Source of the DNA: an uncultured Verrucomicrobiota bacterium
GTDB lineage: Bacteria > Verrucomicrobiota > Verrucomicrobiia > Limisphaerales > UBA9464
NCBI GenBank assembly: GCA_903922605.1
Contig: CAIXUG010000086.1
Location: forward strand, 3,384-67,383
DNA length: 64,000 nt
Direction of reading: 5' to 3'
The number at the start of each line of letters is the position of its first letter. The stretch's first letter is position 1. This document shows positions 46,508 to 55,692 of the stretch, piece by piece. The notes under the pieces are model-generated. The model did no database searches. It had not been told where the DNA came from and saw only the letters and a program-made list of their open reading frames with translations. A program made the position numbers and the translations under genes.

Positions 46508-47458
46508 TCAGACGCCGAAGATTTTCTGCACGTACTTCCGGCTGAGGGCGTGGTTTTCAACCACATCACGGGTGATCTTCGTGCCGCCTTCCAGCGCCAG
46601 TTCGACCGTGTAGAATTGCGGCAGACGGTTCTGCGCCGCGAACGCCGCGACGGCAGCGTAGTCGATGTCCCCGCTGTCCAGATCCTCCCACCAAATCTGT
46701 GACCGGCTCTGGCGCAAGTGCCAGGAGACCACGCGTTTCCCGTATTGGTGAAGACAGTCGGCGGGCTGGATGCCGCCCCGGAAAACCCAATGCACATCGT
46801 AGCAAAAGCCGACGGTGGCCTCGGGACACAGCGTGAAGTTGGAATGGAACTCCTTCGCCCCGTTCCGCAGTTCCGGTGTGTGGTGGTGGATGCCCAGCTT
46901 CACGCCGATGGCCTTCAGTTCGTCACCCAGTTCGTTCAAGGCATCCGCCTGAATGGCGAGTTCCTTGTCCGTCTTGTCACGGCCAATCGGATCGGGATTG
47001 AAGTTGATGATGCCAAAGCCGGCCTTGGCCGCCTCCTTCGCGGCGACGGTGATGCGCTCGGCGGTTTCGCTGGCCTTGCCCAGCACATGCAAGGCCCCGC
47101 CGGTGTAGAGGCTCACGGGTTTGAGTCCCTTCAGCTTCAGGCGTTCGGCCAGCTTGGCATTGTTCTCGGGCGTGCCGACGTCCAGGTTGCCCTCCGCATA
47201 GTCGTAACCGGCATCGCGCAGGGTCGAGAAGACCTCGTCCATGTGGTCCCCGAGTTTCTTCCCGGCGCGCTCGTAATACTGGCCCCAGACATAGAGCTGC
47301 GAGCCGACGAGCGGCGGAACCAGCTTGGGCGGCACGTAGGGCTTCTCCTTCGGGGTAGCCTTGGCTGTGGCGGTGCCGGTCGAATTGGTCGTGCTGGCTC
47401 CCAAGGCGGTGCCGGCGGCCAAAGCGGCGGAAGCAGCCAGAAAGTCGCGTCGGTTCAT
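46508..47458 (-). CDS. Xylose-isomerase-like TIM-barrel protein (sugar phosphate isomerase/epimerase family) with TAT leader
   Basis: Leader MNRRDFLAASAALAAG. Body with AGYDYAE...GIINFNPD...LGIHHH pattern typical of the AP-endonuclease-2/xylose-isomerase-like fold. Confidence 0.75.
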   Translation of the reverse strand: MNRRDFLAASAALAAGTALGASTTNSTGTATAKATPKEKPYVPPKLVPPLVGSQLYVWGQYYERAGKKLGDHMDEVFSTLRDAGYDYAEGNLDVGTPENNAKLAERLKLKGLKPVSLYTGGALHVLGKASETAERITVAAKEAAKAGFGIINFNPDPIGRDKTDKELAIQADALNELGDELKAIGVKLGIHHHTPELRNGAKEFHSNFTLCPEATVGFCYDVHWVFRGGIQPADCLHQYGKRVVSWHLRQSRSQIWWEDLDSGDIDYAAVAAFAAQNRLPQFYTVELALEGGTKITRDVVENHALSRKYVQKIFGV

Positions 47459-47504
47459 GCCTGAAGTTGTCGGTGAACCGTGGCGCGAGGCAAGCCTGCG
47501 GGCG

Positions 47505-48449
47505 TCACTTCAACGCGCGCAGCTTGGACAGGGTCCGGCGGAAATCTTCCGGCAGCGGGGCGTCGTAGTCGCGCCAGATGCCGGTCTTCGGATGCAGGAA
47601 GCCCAGCTTGCGCGCGTGCAGCAGCTGGCGCGGCGGCACGACGCCCGTTTCCTGGGTCAGCCGCGCGGTCTGCCTTGCGCCATAGGTTTCATCGCCAAAA
47701 AGCGGAAAGCCAAGATGCTGGAAATGAACGCGAATCTGATGCGTGCGCCCCGTGTGCAGCATGGCCTCAACAAAGGTTGCCCCCACGAAGCGCTCGATCA
47801 CGCGGAAGCTCGTCCAGGCTTCCCGTCCCTTCCCCGGCGTGGTCACGGCCATGCGCTTGCGATGCGAAGGATGCCGGGCGATGGCCATCCGGATGTCGCC
47901 CTGAGGCGGTTGCAAGTCACCGCAGACCACGCACTGGTAAGTCTTCTCGACCGTCCGGTTGGCAAACTGTTCCTGCAACGACCGGTGTGCCTCGTCATGT
48001 TTGGCCACCACCAGGCAGCCGCTGGTACCCAAGTCCAACCGATGCACGATTCCCGGCCGCTCGACCCCGCCAATGCCGCTCAGGCGTCCCCGGCAATGGT
48101 GCAGGAGGGCGTTCACCAGCGTGCCGTCTTCGTGCCCGTGAGCGGGATGCACGACCAGGTCCGCCGACTTGTTCAGCACGATCAGGTCATCGTCTTCGAA
48201 CAGGATGTCCAGCGGGATGTCCTGCGCGACCACCTCGGAAGGCTTGGCCTGCGGCCAAGTCACCTCAATGACATCGCCCAGTCGCGGCTGGGCGGAGGAC
48301 TTGGGCGGGCGGCCGTTGACCAGCACCAATCCCTCGGTCAGCAGCCGCTGGATTTCGCCGCGGGAAGTATCCGCATACCGCTCATGCAGGTAGCGGTCCA
48401 TGCGCTCGCCGGGATGCGATTCAGTAACCGTGAACGAGTCCTTTTCCAT
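47505..48449 (-). CDS. rluD: RluA-family 23S rRNA pseudouridine synthase (RluD-like)
   Basis: From ATG 48449. S4-like N-terminus (RMDRYLHERY...LVLVNGRP). Catalytic box HRLDLGTSGCLVVAK. C-terminal TGRTHQIRVH. Confidence 0.85.
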   Translation of the reverse strand: MEKDSFTVTESHPGERMDRYLHERYADTSRGEIQRLLTEGLVLVNGRPPKSSAQPRLGDVIEVTWPQAKPSEVVAQDIPLDILFEDDDLIVLNKSADLVVHPAHGHEDGTLVNALLHHCRGRLSGIGGVERPGIVHRLDLGTSGCLVVAKHDEAHRSLQEQFANRTVEKTYQCVVCGDLQPPQGDIRMAIARHPSHRKRMAVTTPGKGREAWTSFRVIERFVGATFVEAMLHTGRTHQIRVHFQHLGFPLFGDETYGARQTARLTQETGVVPPRQLLHARKLGFLHPKTGIWRDYDAPLPEDFRRTLSKLRALK

Positions 48450-48459
48450 GGTGCTCGCT

Positions 48460-48951
48460 TCAGGGCTTCCGCTTGGGACGCTTTTCCGGCGAAAGCTTTC
48501 CAGTGAGAGGCACCACGATGTTCGTGCCTTCCACCCAGGGAATTTCACGGCCATCGATGAAAAGCGTCCGGGGTACGGCCTCAATCAGGTGGCCGAAGAC
48601 ATCCACGGCGACGGTGCCGGGGAGGAAGGTCACATCGAGAAACTCAATCGGCCCGTACGGCAGGATGTTGGTGTTGGGGTTGTTGAACACCCGCATCAGC
48701 GGCGCGTTGGTGAAACGGGTCGGAGCCTGCTCTCCGGGGAATGTCAGCGTCACGCCGTGGGAGGGAAGCAGCTTGTGGTGTTCCAGCCGGACGACGGGGG
48801 TGCCGTCCGGGAGCTTGTCCTGAAACATCACCCACGGCCCGCCCCGCTGGCGCACAGCCATGCAGCCGCCGTAAAGCGTGATGTAGAGAAACAGCGTCGC
48901 AAAAAAGAGCGCGGCAAACGCCTTGGCCGCTTTGATTCCGTCTTCGTTCAA
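48460..48951 (-). CDS. Hypothetical single-pass membrane protein
   Basis: TM helix AFAALFFATLFLYITLYGG. Basic tail KRPKRKP. 10 nt upstream of the rluD-like start on the same strand. No family recognised. Confidence 0.5.
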   Translation of the reverse strand: MNEDGIKAAKAFAALFFATLFLYITLYGGCMAVRQRGGPWVMFQDKLPDGTPVVRLEHHKLLPSHGVTLTFPGEQAPTRFTNAPLMRVFNNPNTNILPYGPIEFLDVTFLPGTVAVDVFGHLIEAVPRTLFIDGREIPWVEGTNIVVPLTGKLSPEKRPKRKP

Positions 48952-49026
48952 AGGGCGGAGACATTAGCGACGCGGCCACGGAGCGCAACGGCTGTTGCAC
49001 TCCGTGTTCCGGCGACCCGGTGGCGA

Positions 49027-50358
49027 TCAGTTCCGCGGGAGTTCGCGGAGATAGACGTTTTTGAACCAGAGATTGTTCCCGTGGTTCTGGAGTTCGATCT
49101 GGCCCGTGGGGAAGATCGGCAGGTTGCGGTCCCAGTAGTTTTCCAGCGTGACGTTATGGGTCACCAGCTCGTCATTCAGGAACACCGTGACCTTTTCGCC
49201 CTGCATGAGGATGTGGAAGTGATTCCATTGCCCGATGGGCTTGTCGGCGACCTTGGTGGGCTTGTCGGGATTCGCCTTGTTGTTATAGAGCCCGCCGGAA
49301 CCGACCTCGCTGCCGAACTTGGTGGGCTGCGTGAACGGATCCCAGATCTGCACCTGCGGGCTGCCCCGCAAATAGATGCCGCTGTCGCCGTGCTCCTTGA
49401 TCTTGAAGTCTACGAACATCTCGAAGTCGCCGTAGTCGTCACGCAGCGTGGCGAGGCTGTCGCCCTTGCCATCGAAGGCAAGTTCGCCGTTCAGCGACTG
49501 CCAGCTGGAGCGCATCCGCGCGTCGGCCTTGGCCTGTTCCTCCGCACGTTTTTCCGCCGACAGGGTCGCCCGCTTGGCGGGGTTGTCATTGGGCGAGGCG
49601 AGCAGGCCCTTCCAGCCGGTCAGATCCTTGCCGTTGTAAACGGCGGTAAATCCCGGATAGGGCGCGGTGTTGTCTTTGGCGAAGCTGGAGGGCAGCGCCT
49701 TGACCCGGATGTTCCGGAACTCGACGTGATCGCTATGGCCGAGGAAACCGATATGGCCGCGCTCACGCAGCAGGCCCGGATGCTTCGCCAGCTTGTGGGC
49801 ATCGGTCACGGTGTTGAGGTCCACATCGGTGATGACCTGGCCGTTGAGCGTGACCTTGATGTTCCGGCCATTGGCGACGATTTCCTCGGTGTTCCACTGG
49901 CCGACGGCCTTCATCGCGCCGTGCTTGGCGGCGAAGACGTCGTAAACCGAGCCGTGAAACTGCTCCGGACGCAGCTTGCCGTACTTGGCCTCGGCTCCGG
50001 ATTCCTCCAGCACCTGGATTTCCATGCCGACATAGGCGGCATCCCCCTCGAACGGCGCCCGGATGCCCACGCCATTGTTGGCGCCGGGGTCGGCACAGAC
50101 GAAGTCGAAGCGCAGCACGAAGTTCTCAAATTCGTTCTCCGTGAAGAGGTTTCCCCCGATGCCCTGCTCGCAGACGATCTTGCCGTCGCGGACTTTGTAT
50201 TCCTCGCCCGGCTTGCCCATGAAGCGCCACCCCTTGAGCGAGGTGCCGTCAAAAAGAGTGGTGAAGCCGGATTCAGAGGAAGCGGAAGCCCCCTGATCGT
50301 AGGCACAACTGACAAAAAGAGGGGCCGCCAGGAGGCAGGCGAAAAATGATTTCTTCAT
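49027..50358 (-). CDS. Tandem DUF1080 (3-keto-disaccharide hydrolase family) protein, probable lipoprotein
   Basis: From ATG 50358 (MKKSFFACLLAAPLFVSC). Two copies of the pattern GW...G.W.V.DG.I......G.L.T...F.NF.L..DF......NNGV/SGIYLRG...E.Q. Second copy ends HGNNLWFKNVYLREL. Confidence 0.8.
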   Translation of the reverse strand: MKKSFFACLLAAPLFVSCAYDQGASASSESGFTTLFDGTSLKGWRFMGKPGEEYKVRDGKIVCEQGIGGNLFTENEFENFVLRFDFVCADPGANNGVGIRAPFEGDAAYVGMEIQVLEESGAEAKYGKLRPEQFHGSVYDVFAAKHGAMKAVGQWNTEEIVANGRNIKVTLNGQVITDVDLNTVTDAHKLAKHPGLLRERGHIGFLGHSDHVEFRNIRVKALPSSFAKDNTAPYPGFTAVYNGKDLTGWKGLLASPNDNPAKRATLSAEKRAEEQAKADARMRSSWQSLNGELAFDGKGDSLATLRDDYGDFEMFVDFKIKEHGDSGIYLRGSPQVQIWDPFTQPTKFGSEVGSGGLYNNKANPDKPTKVADKPIGQWNHFHILMQGEKVTVFLNDELVTHNVTLENYWDRNLPIFPTGQIELQNHGNNLWFKNVYLRELPRN

Positions 50359-50870
50359 AGGCAGATTGAACGCGCGAAGGCTCCGCCGCGCAGCCGCTGC
50401 CGACAAGGAAAACCTCCTTGGACCATCAAAAATCGGCATCGCGGCACGCCTGGACAAAGTTTGAACGCCGAACGGCTTGCGACCTCCAACGGCGGGTATG
50501 CGTTCTCCTTTAAGGCAGCTTCGACCTTCCGCCGAAGGCGTTGGCCACGCACTTCTGGGCCTGGCCACCACCGTGGCGGTGGTGATTTTTCTGACGTCCG
50601 TCTTTCGCACCGGGCAACAGGCACCAGCGATTGCCAGCAGCATCAGCACCCACCCAGTCCGTGCCGCGGCAGTGCTGATTGGCCATGGCATGCCCGGTGC
50701 CTGGGTGGCGGCCGCACCGACAAATCCACCGGCGGGAACCAATCAGCTCACCCATCGTAGTTGAGCTGTCCGCAATTCGTCCCGGGTCGGCAAAAACTTT
50801 TGAACGGTTTCATTCGGGCCCGGTCGGACCTCGCAGCAGACAATTTCCACCGCCAAGGAGACTGGTGGTA

Positions 50871-51851
50871 TCAGCTTGGCCCGCGCCGTTCGGCAAGACC
50901 GGTCAGTACGCGACAAACAGCCTCCAGTCGCGGCACCGGAACACCGGCGGCGCGGGCTTGGCGCAGCGGCTCCAGAATCAGGCTCTCCACCTCCAGCACC
51001 GATCCCCGTTCAAAATCAATCAGGGTGGAGGCCAGGTAGCGCCCCATGGTCTGGGTGCGTTCAATTTCGGCCTCGGCGTAGCCCGGCTCGATATTGTGCC
51101 CCAACGCGTTGGCGGCGGCGATCACCTCCTGCATCAGCTCCCGAACCAGCGCGGCCCAGCGGGTGTCGCTTAGAAGCGCGTCCGTGGCTAGAACCGGGGC
51201 GGGGAATTGCGAATTCCGAATTTCAAATTTCGAATCGGTCAGCGCTTCGTAGCCGACCACTCCCGCCACCCCCAATCCGTTGAAGGGGATGTTCCAAACG
51301 AGTTTGAGCCAGTGGGCGCGAGCCAGATTGTCGGCCACCTGACAAGGAATCCCCGCGTGCCGGAACAATGTGGCTAGGTCGTGTGTCCTTGGCTCCGGCC
51401 AGCGCTGAAATTCACCAAACAGGATGCGTCCGCCATCGATGTGGCGCACCACGCCGGGAGCGATCCGGTTAAGGGAGACGAAACACAGGCCGCCCAGGAT
51501 CTGTTCCACGGGGAACAATTTGGCCAGCGCCTCCTCGTTGCCGAGGCCGTTTTGCAGCGTGAGGATGGCTGTTGTCGGCCCGACGAGCGCAGGCAGCAAT
51601 CTTGGAAACTCGGCATTCGCCGTCGTCTTCAACCCGATGAGCACCAGGTCGCAAGGCCCGATCTCGTCGGCGGTGCGGGCGCAGCGGGGACGCACGCGAA
51701 ATGCCTCCGTGTCGCCGCAGACCTCGATCCCCTGCCGGCGCACCTGCTCGTAATCCGAACGCAGCAGAAAATGGGTTGCGTGGCCATCCCGGCAGAGCTT
51801 TGCCCCGTAATAGCTGCCCAGCGCACCAGTGCCGACAATGGCGATTTTCAT
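50871..51851 (-). CDS. panE: 2-dehydropantoate 2-reductase (ketopantoate reductase)
   Basis: MKIAIVGTGALGSYYGAKL Rossmann start. LQNGLGNEE and KLVWNIPFNGL boxes of the ApbA/PanE family. C-terminal ExD-type box (TLIDFERG). Confidence 0.8.
   Translation of the reverse strand: MKIAIVGTGALGSYYGAKLCRDGHATHFLLRSDYEQVRRQGIEVCGDTEAFRVRPRCARTADEIGPCDLVLIGLKTTANAEFPRLLPALVGPTTAILTLQNGLGNEEALAKLFPVEQILGGLCFVSLNRIAPGVVRHIDGGRILFGEFQRWPEPRTHDLATLFRHAGIPCQVADNLARAHWLKLVWNIPFNGLGVAGVVGYEALTDSKFEIRNSQFPAPVLATDALLSDTRWAALVRELMQEVIAAANALGHNIEPGYAEAEIERTQTMGRYLASTLIDFERGSVLEVESLILEPLRQARAAGVPVPRLEAVCRVLTGLAERRGPS
51204..51238 (-). repeat. Five-unit heptamer array (gaattgc gaattcc gaatttc aaatttc gaatcgg) inside panE
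   Basis: AT-rich 35-nt block in a GC-rich gene, read in frame on the minus strand as TDSKFEIRNSQF. Confidence 0.75.
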
Positions 51852-51872
51852 GCAAGAGGTCTGGGTGGGTGT

Positions 51873-51912
51873 GAAAAAACAAAACGGCCTCCTGCAGGCA
51901 GGAGGCCGTTTT
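51873..51912 (-). terminator. Rho-independent terminator downstream of the HU gene
   Basis: Perfect 15-nt inverted repeat aaaacggcctcctgc (51881-51895) / gcaggaggccgtttt (51898-51912). On the minus strand it is followed by a T-run (complement of gaaaaaac, 51873-51880). Lies 18 nt after the HU stop. Confidence 0.8.
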
Positions 51913-51929
51913 GATGAACCTGGGCGGAA

Positions 51930-52217
51930 TTACTTCGCGCCGAGGATGGCGTCCTTCGCGGCCTTGGCCACGCGGAACTTCACGACCTTCTTGGCCGGGA
52001 TCTTGATCTCCGCGCCAGTGGCCGGGTTGCGGCCGATACGGGCCTTGCGGTTCACGAGGACCAGCTTGCCGACGCCGGGGAACGTGAAGGTGTTCTTCGC
52101 ATTCTTGTAGGCGAGCTCGGCGAGCGTCTCGAGAACGGCGACGGCCTGTTTCTTGGAGATTTCCGCCTTTTCGGCGAGGGACGTGGCGATTTGGGACTTA
52201 GTGAGGGCTTTTGCCAT
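51930..52217 (-). CDS. hup: HU-family nucleoid DNA-binding protein
   Basis: 95 aa. LTKSQIATSLAEKAEISKKQA...GFGKL-like GVGKLVLVNRKARIGRNPATGAEIKIPAKKVVKF is the canonical HU/IHF arm. Confidence 0.9.
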   Translation of the reverse strand: MAKALTKSQIATSLAEKAEISKKQAVAVLETLAELAYKNAKNTFTFPGVGKLVLVNRKARIGRNPATGAEIKIPAKKVVKFRVAKAAKDAILGAK

Positions 52218-52323
52218 GGCTAGAGGTGTGTTTAATGTTGCTGTTGATCGGTCTTACGAGGGCCGAAATGCGGGCGCATTTAAGCAACCGACAAAGTGAC
52301 GGCAAGGGAAAACCCCAGCAAAT

Positions 52324-53460
52324 ATGCAATTTTGTCCCGGCGGGTTTCCGGCGGATGCCGCCCGGCTTGACCCGACCGGCCATCGTTCGCACTCTGGGGA
52401 CGTGCCTGAGCTGTCCACCATTTTGAGCGACCTCCGCTACGAGATCGTCCGCGAGATCTACGAAGGCGGCATGGGTATCGTTTACGAGGCTAAACAGCAC
52501 GGAACCCGCGGTTTTGCGAAGCGGGTCGCGATCAAGGTCATCCGCGAGCGCTTCGCCAGCAACCCCGAGTTCATTGAGAATTTCGTCGGCGAGGCCAAGC
52601 TGGTGGCGGACCTCATCCACACCAACATCGTCCAGACCTACCATCTCGGCGAGTCACGCGGCGTGTGCTTCATCTGCATGGAGCTCATCCGCGGCGTGAA
52701 CCTCGAGCAGTTCCTGCAGCGGCTCACCCAGTGCGGCCGCAAGCTGCCGGTGGAGCTCGCCGTCTTCATGGTCAGCCGCATCGCGCGCGGTCTGGCCTAC
52801 GCGCATTCCAAGAACCATCCCGACGGCACCCCGCTGTTTCTCGTCCATCGCGACATCAGCCCGAAGAACATCATGATCGCCTTCGAGGGCGACGTGAAGG
52901 TGACCGACTTCGGCATCGCGAAGGCCAAGGGGCTGCTCAAGGACAAGGAAGGCGAGGAAGTCGCGGGCAAGCCGGAATACATGAGTCCCGAGCAGGCTGA
53001 CTTCATGATCACGGACAAGCGCTCGGACATTTTTTCCTCCGGCATCGTGCTCGCCCAGCTTCTCACGGGGCAGAACATCTTCAAGGGCGCCACGGCGGAA
53101 GATTCGCGCCAGCGCGTGATGCACACGCCGATTCCCGATTTCTCCCGGCTGAACCCGGAGATCGAGCCGAAGCTGAACCAGATTCTCCAGCGCTCGCTCA
53201 GCCGGGATCTGGCCTTGCGCTACCAGACCGCCGACGAGTTTCTCTACGAGCTCGAATACTTCATCTACCATCGCGGTTACGGCCCCACGAATGAAACGAT
53301 GGGCAAGTTCATCCGCGACCTCTTCAAGGAGGAGTCCACCCCGCCGGCGCCCGTCGCTGCGGCCGGGGCCGGCGGCACGATGCGGATGAGCGGCACGATC
53401 AAGGTGCCGAAGCGCAAAAGCACCAGCCTGTTTGACCGCATCAAATCGAAGATCAAATGA
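52324..53460 (+). CDS. Ser/Thr protein kinase (Hanks type), start codon uncertain
   Basis: Gly loop GGMGIVYEA, VAIK, catalytic loop VHRDISPKNIMI, DFGIAK, SPEQ. A true start may lie downstream of 52324 (e.g. GTG near 52401). Confidence 0.85.
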   Translation: MQFCPGGFPADAARLDPTGHRSHSGDVPELSTILSDLRYEIVREIYEGGMGIVYEAKQHGTRGFAKRVAIKVIRERFASNPEFIENFVGEAKLVADLIHTNIVQTYHLGESRGVCFICMELIRGVNLEQFLQRLTQCGRKLPVELAVFMVSRIARGLAYAHSKNHPDGTPLFLVHRDISPKNIMIAFEGDVKVTDFGIAKAKGLLKDKEGEEVAGKPEYMSPEQADFMITDKRSDIFSSGIVLAQLLTGQNIFKGATAEDSRQRVMHTPIPDFSRLNPEIEPKLNQILQRSLSRDLALRYQTADEFLYELEYFIYHRGYGPTNETMGKFIRDLFKEESTPPAPVAAAGAGGTMRMSGTIKVPKRKSTSLFDRIKSKIK

Positions 53461-54368
53461 GCCGCCGTTCCGCGCCCAAGGGCCGCACCGTCACGCTGGG
53501 CCTGCTCCAGCATGCCTGTTCCGCCGATCCCGAGGAGAATCTCGCGACCACGCTCGCCGCCGCCGAACGCGCGGCGAAAGATGGCGCGCAAATCATCTGC
53601 ACCCAGGAGCTCTTCCGTTCGCAGTACTTCTGCCAGAGCGAGGATCACAAATACTTTGCGCTCGCCGAGCCAATCCCCGGTCCGAGCACGAAGGCCTTCC
53701 AGAAGCTGGCGAAGAAACATGGCGTGGTCATCGTCGCCTCGCTCTTCGAGAAACGCGCCGAGGGGCTCTACCACAACACCGCGGTCATCATCGACGCCGA
53801 CGGCTCGCTGCTGGGCATCTACCGGAAGATGCACATCCCGGATGACCCGCTCTTCTACGAGAAGTTCTACTTCACGCCCGGCGACTTGGGCTTCCGCGCC
53901 TGGGACACCAAGTTCGGGCGCATCGGCGTGCTGATCTGCTGGGACCAGTGGTATCCCGAGGCCGCCCGTCTCACCGCGATGAACGGCGCGGAGATCCTTT
54001 TCTATCCGACGGCCATCGGCTGGCATCCCGGTGAGAAGCAGGAGTACGGTGTGAACCAGCATATGGCGTGGGAGACTATCCAGCGCTCCCATGCGGTGGC
54101 CAACGGCTGCTACGTCGCCTCAGTGAACCGGATCGGCCTCGAACAGCCCATCGGCGGTGCTGGCCTCGAGTTCTGGGGCCAGAGCTTCGTCGCGGGCACT
54201 TCCGGCCAGATCTTGGCCAAGGCTTCCGAAGGCGCTGCCGAAAACCTCATCGTGCCCGTGGACCTCGCGAAGGTGGATGTCACGCGCACGCACTGGCCTT
54301 TCCTCCGCGACCGCCGCATTGACGCCTACGGTGATCTCACCCGGCGGTTTGTCGATCAGGTGAAATAA
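53457..54368 (+). CDS. aguB: N-carbamoylputrescine amidase (carbon-nitrogen hydrolase family)
   Basis: ELFRSQYFCQSED, catalytic Cys box GVLICWDQWYPEAAR, YPTAIGW. ATGA overlap with the kinase stop. Confidence 0.8.
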   Translation: MSRRSAPKGRTVTLGLLQHACSADPEENLATTLAAAERAAKDGAQIICTQELFRSQYFCQSEDHKYFALAEPIPGPSTKAFQKLAKKHGVVIVASLFEKRAEGLYHNTAVIIDADGSLLGIYRKMHIPDDPLFYEKFYFTPGDLGFRAWDTKFGRIGVLICWDQWYPEAARLTAMNGAEILFYPTAIGWHPGEKQEYGVNQHMAWETIQRSHAVANGCYVASVNRIGLEQPIGGAGLEFWGQSFVAGTSGQILAKASEGAAENLIVPVDLAKVDVTRTHWPFLRDRRIDAYGDLTRRFVDQVK

Positions 54369-54405
54369 AGCGGAACCCGATCCTCTCGGGATTTCGAACA
54401 GCAAC

Positions 54406-55611
54406 TTACACTGCCTCCGCCAACGTTGCGGCCAGCCGGCGTATCCCTTCCCCAATCCGTTCGTCGGAGTTGCCGGTAAAATTCAGCCGCAGTGTGTTGT
54501 GCCCGCCACCAGTGGCGTGGAAATCCTCGCCGGGCACGAAGGCGACTCCATGCGTCAAAGCTGCCGTCAGCAGCGTCGTGGCATTGATGCTCTCCGGCAG
54601 CCGGAGGAACAGAAACATCCCGCCCTCAGGCCGGTTCCAAGTGACGCCGCTTGGCATGTGTTCCTTCAGGGCCCGCAACATCACATCCCGCCGGCCGCCG
54701 CACACCGCGCGAAGCCGGGGCAGATGCCGCTCCAGCACGCCATCCCGCGCCAGTTCGAGGGCGACATGCTGGCAGAGCGTGCTTGTGTGCAGGTCCATGC
54801 TCTGCTTGGCCAGGGTCAGCTTGTCGATGACCGGGCGTGGCGCGACCACCCAGCCGACGCGCAAGCCGGGCGCCAGCGTTTTGGAGAAGGTCCCCAGGTG
54901 GATCACCTGCCCGGCCTCTTCGCCGATCCCGGGCCCTTCGCGGTCCAGGTCCAACAGGTGCGGTAGTGCCTCTCCCTCATAACGCAGCTCACCGTACGGA
55001 TTGTCCTCCACCAACGGAATGCCCGTCGCCCGTGACCACGCGACCAGTTGCCTTCGTCGCCCGGCCTGAAGCGTGACCCCGGTGGGATTTTGAAAGTTGG
55101 GCACGCTGTAGAGCAGCTTCGCCGGCGGCGCGTCTGCGCGGTCCAATTCCCCGATCAGCAGCCCGCCTTCATCCATCGCCAGGGGTGCGAATTCGACGCC
55201 ACACGGCCGCCACGCCGTCAGGGCCGCGAGATACGTCGGATTCTCCACCAGCACCACGTCACCCGGATCGAGAAAGACCCGGCCGACCAGGTCGAGCGCC
55301 TGCTGCGAACCGGTGGTGATCAGCACATTTTCCCGGCGCATCGGCCGATCAGGCTGCGAGGCGCGTTCGGCGATCCAGTCCCGTAGCTCCGCCTCACCTC
55401 CGGTTTCTCCATATTGCAGGGCCCGCTCCGGACGGCTGCGCAGCACGGCCTCCGTTGCCGCCCGAAATTCCTCCACGGGGAAAAACTCGGCCGGTGGCAG
55501 CCCGGCGGCAAAGGAGATGATGCCCGGTTGGGCGGCCAGTTTCAGCAGCTCACGGATGGTCGAGCGCCGCATCAGCGCGGTGCGTTGGGCGAATCGCGGA
55601 TTCCAGTTCAT
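54406..55611 (-). CDS. PLP-dependent aminotransferase, class I/II (LysN/2-aminoadipate-type)
   Basis: STIRELLKL, ENPTY, PNFQNPTG, PLP-lysine box GTFSKTLAPGLRVGW. ATG 55611 preferred (track start 55638). Confidence 0.8.
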   Translation of the reverse strand: MNWNPRFAQRTALMRRSTIRELLKLAAQPGIISFAAGLPPAEFFPVEEFRAATEAVLRSRPERALQYGETGGEAELRDWIAERASQPDRPMRRENVLITTGSQQALDLVGRVFLDPGDVVLVENPTYLAALTAWRPCGVEFAPLAMDEGGLLIGELDRADAPPAKLLYSVPNFQNPTGVTLQAGRRRQLVAWSRATGIPLVEDNPYGELRYEGEALPHLLDLDREGPGIGEEAGQVIHLGTFSKTLAPGLRVGWVVAPRPVIDKLTLAKQSMDLHTSTLCQHVALELARDGVLERHLPRLRAVCGGRRDVMLRALKEHMPSGVTWNRPEGGMFLFLRLPESINATTLLTAALTHGVAFVPGEDFHATGGGHNTLRLNFTGNSDERIGEGIRRLAATLAEAV

Positions 55612-55692
55612 GCCGCAGCGTCCCCTGCCCCGACTCATTCCGGGTAAGACTTCTTTTGTCGCGCCGCCATGCGGTTTCGGTATGACTCACGC

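Noticed and set aside
48400-50349. 649-aa plus-strand ORF
   Set aside because: It is antisense to the tandem-DUF1080 gene and to the small membrane-protein gene. It has no motifs and a shadow-frame composition.
54369-54405. Short inverted repeat cccga-tcctc-tcggg between the convergent aguB and aminotransferase genes, considered as a bidirectional terminator
   Set aside because: The stem is only 5 bp and there is no U-tract, which is too weak to call.
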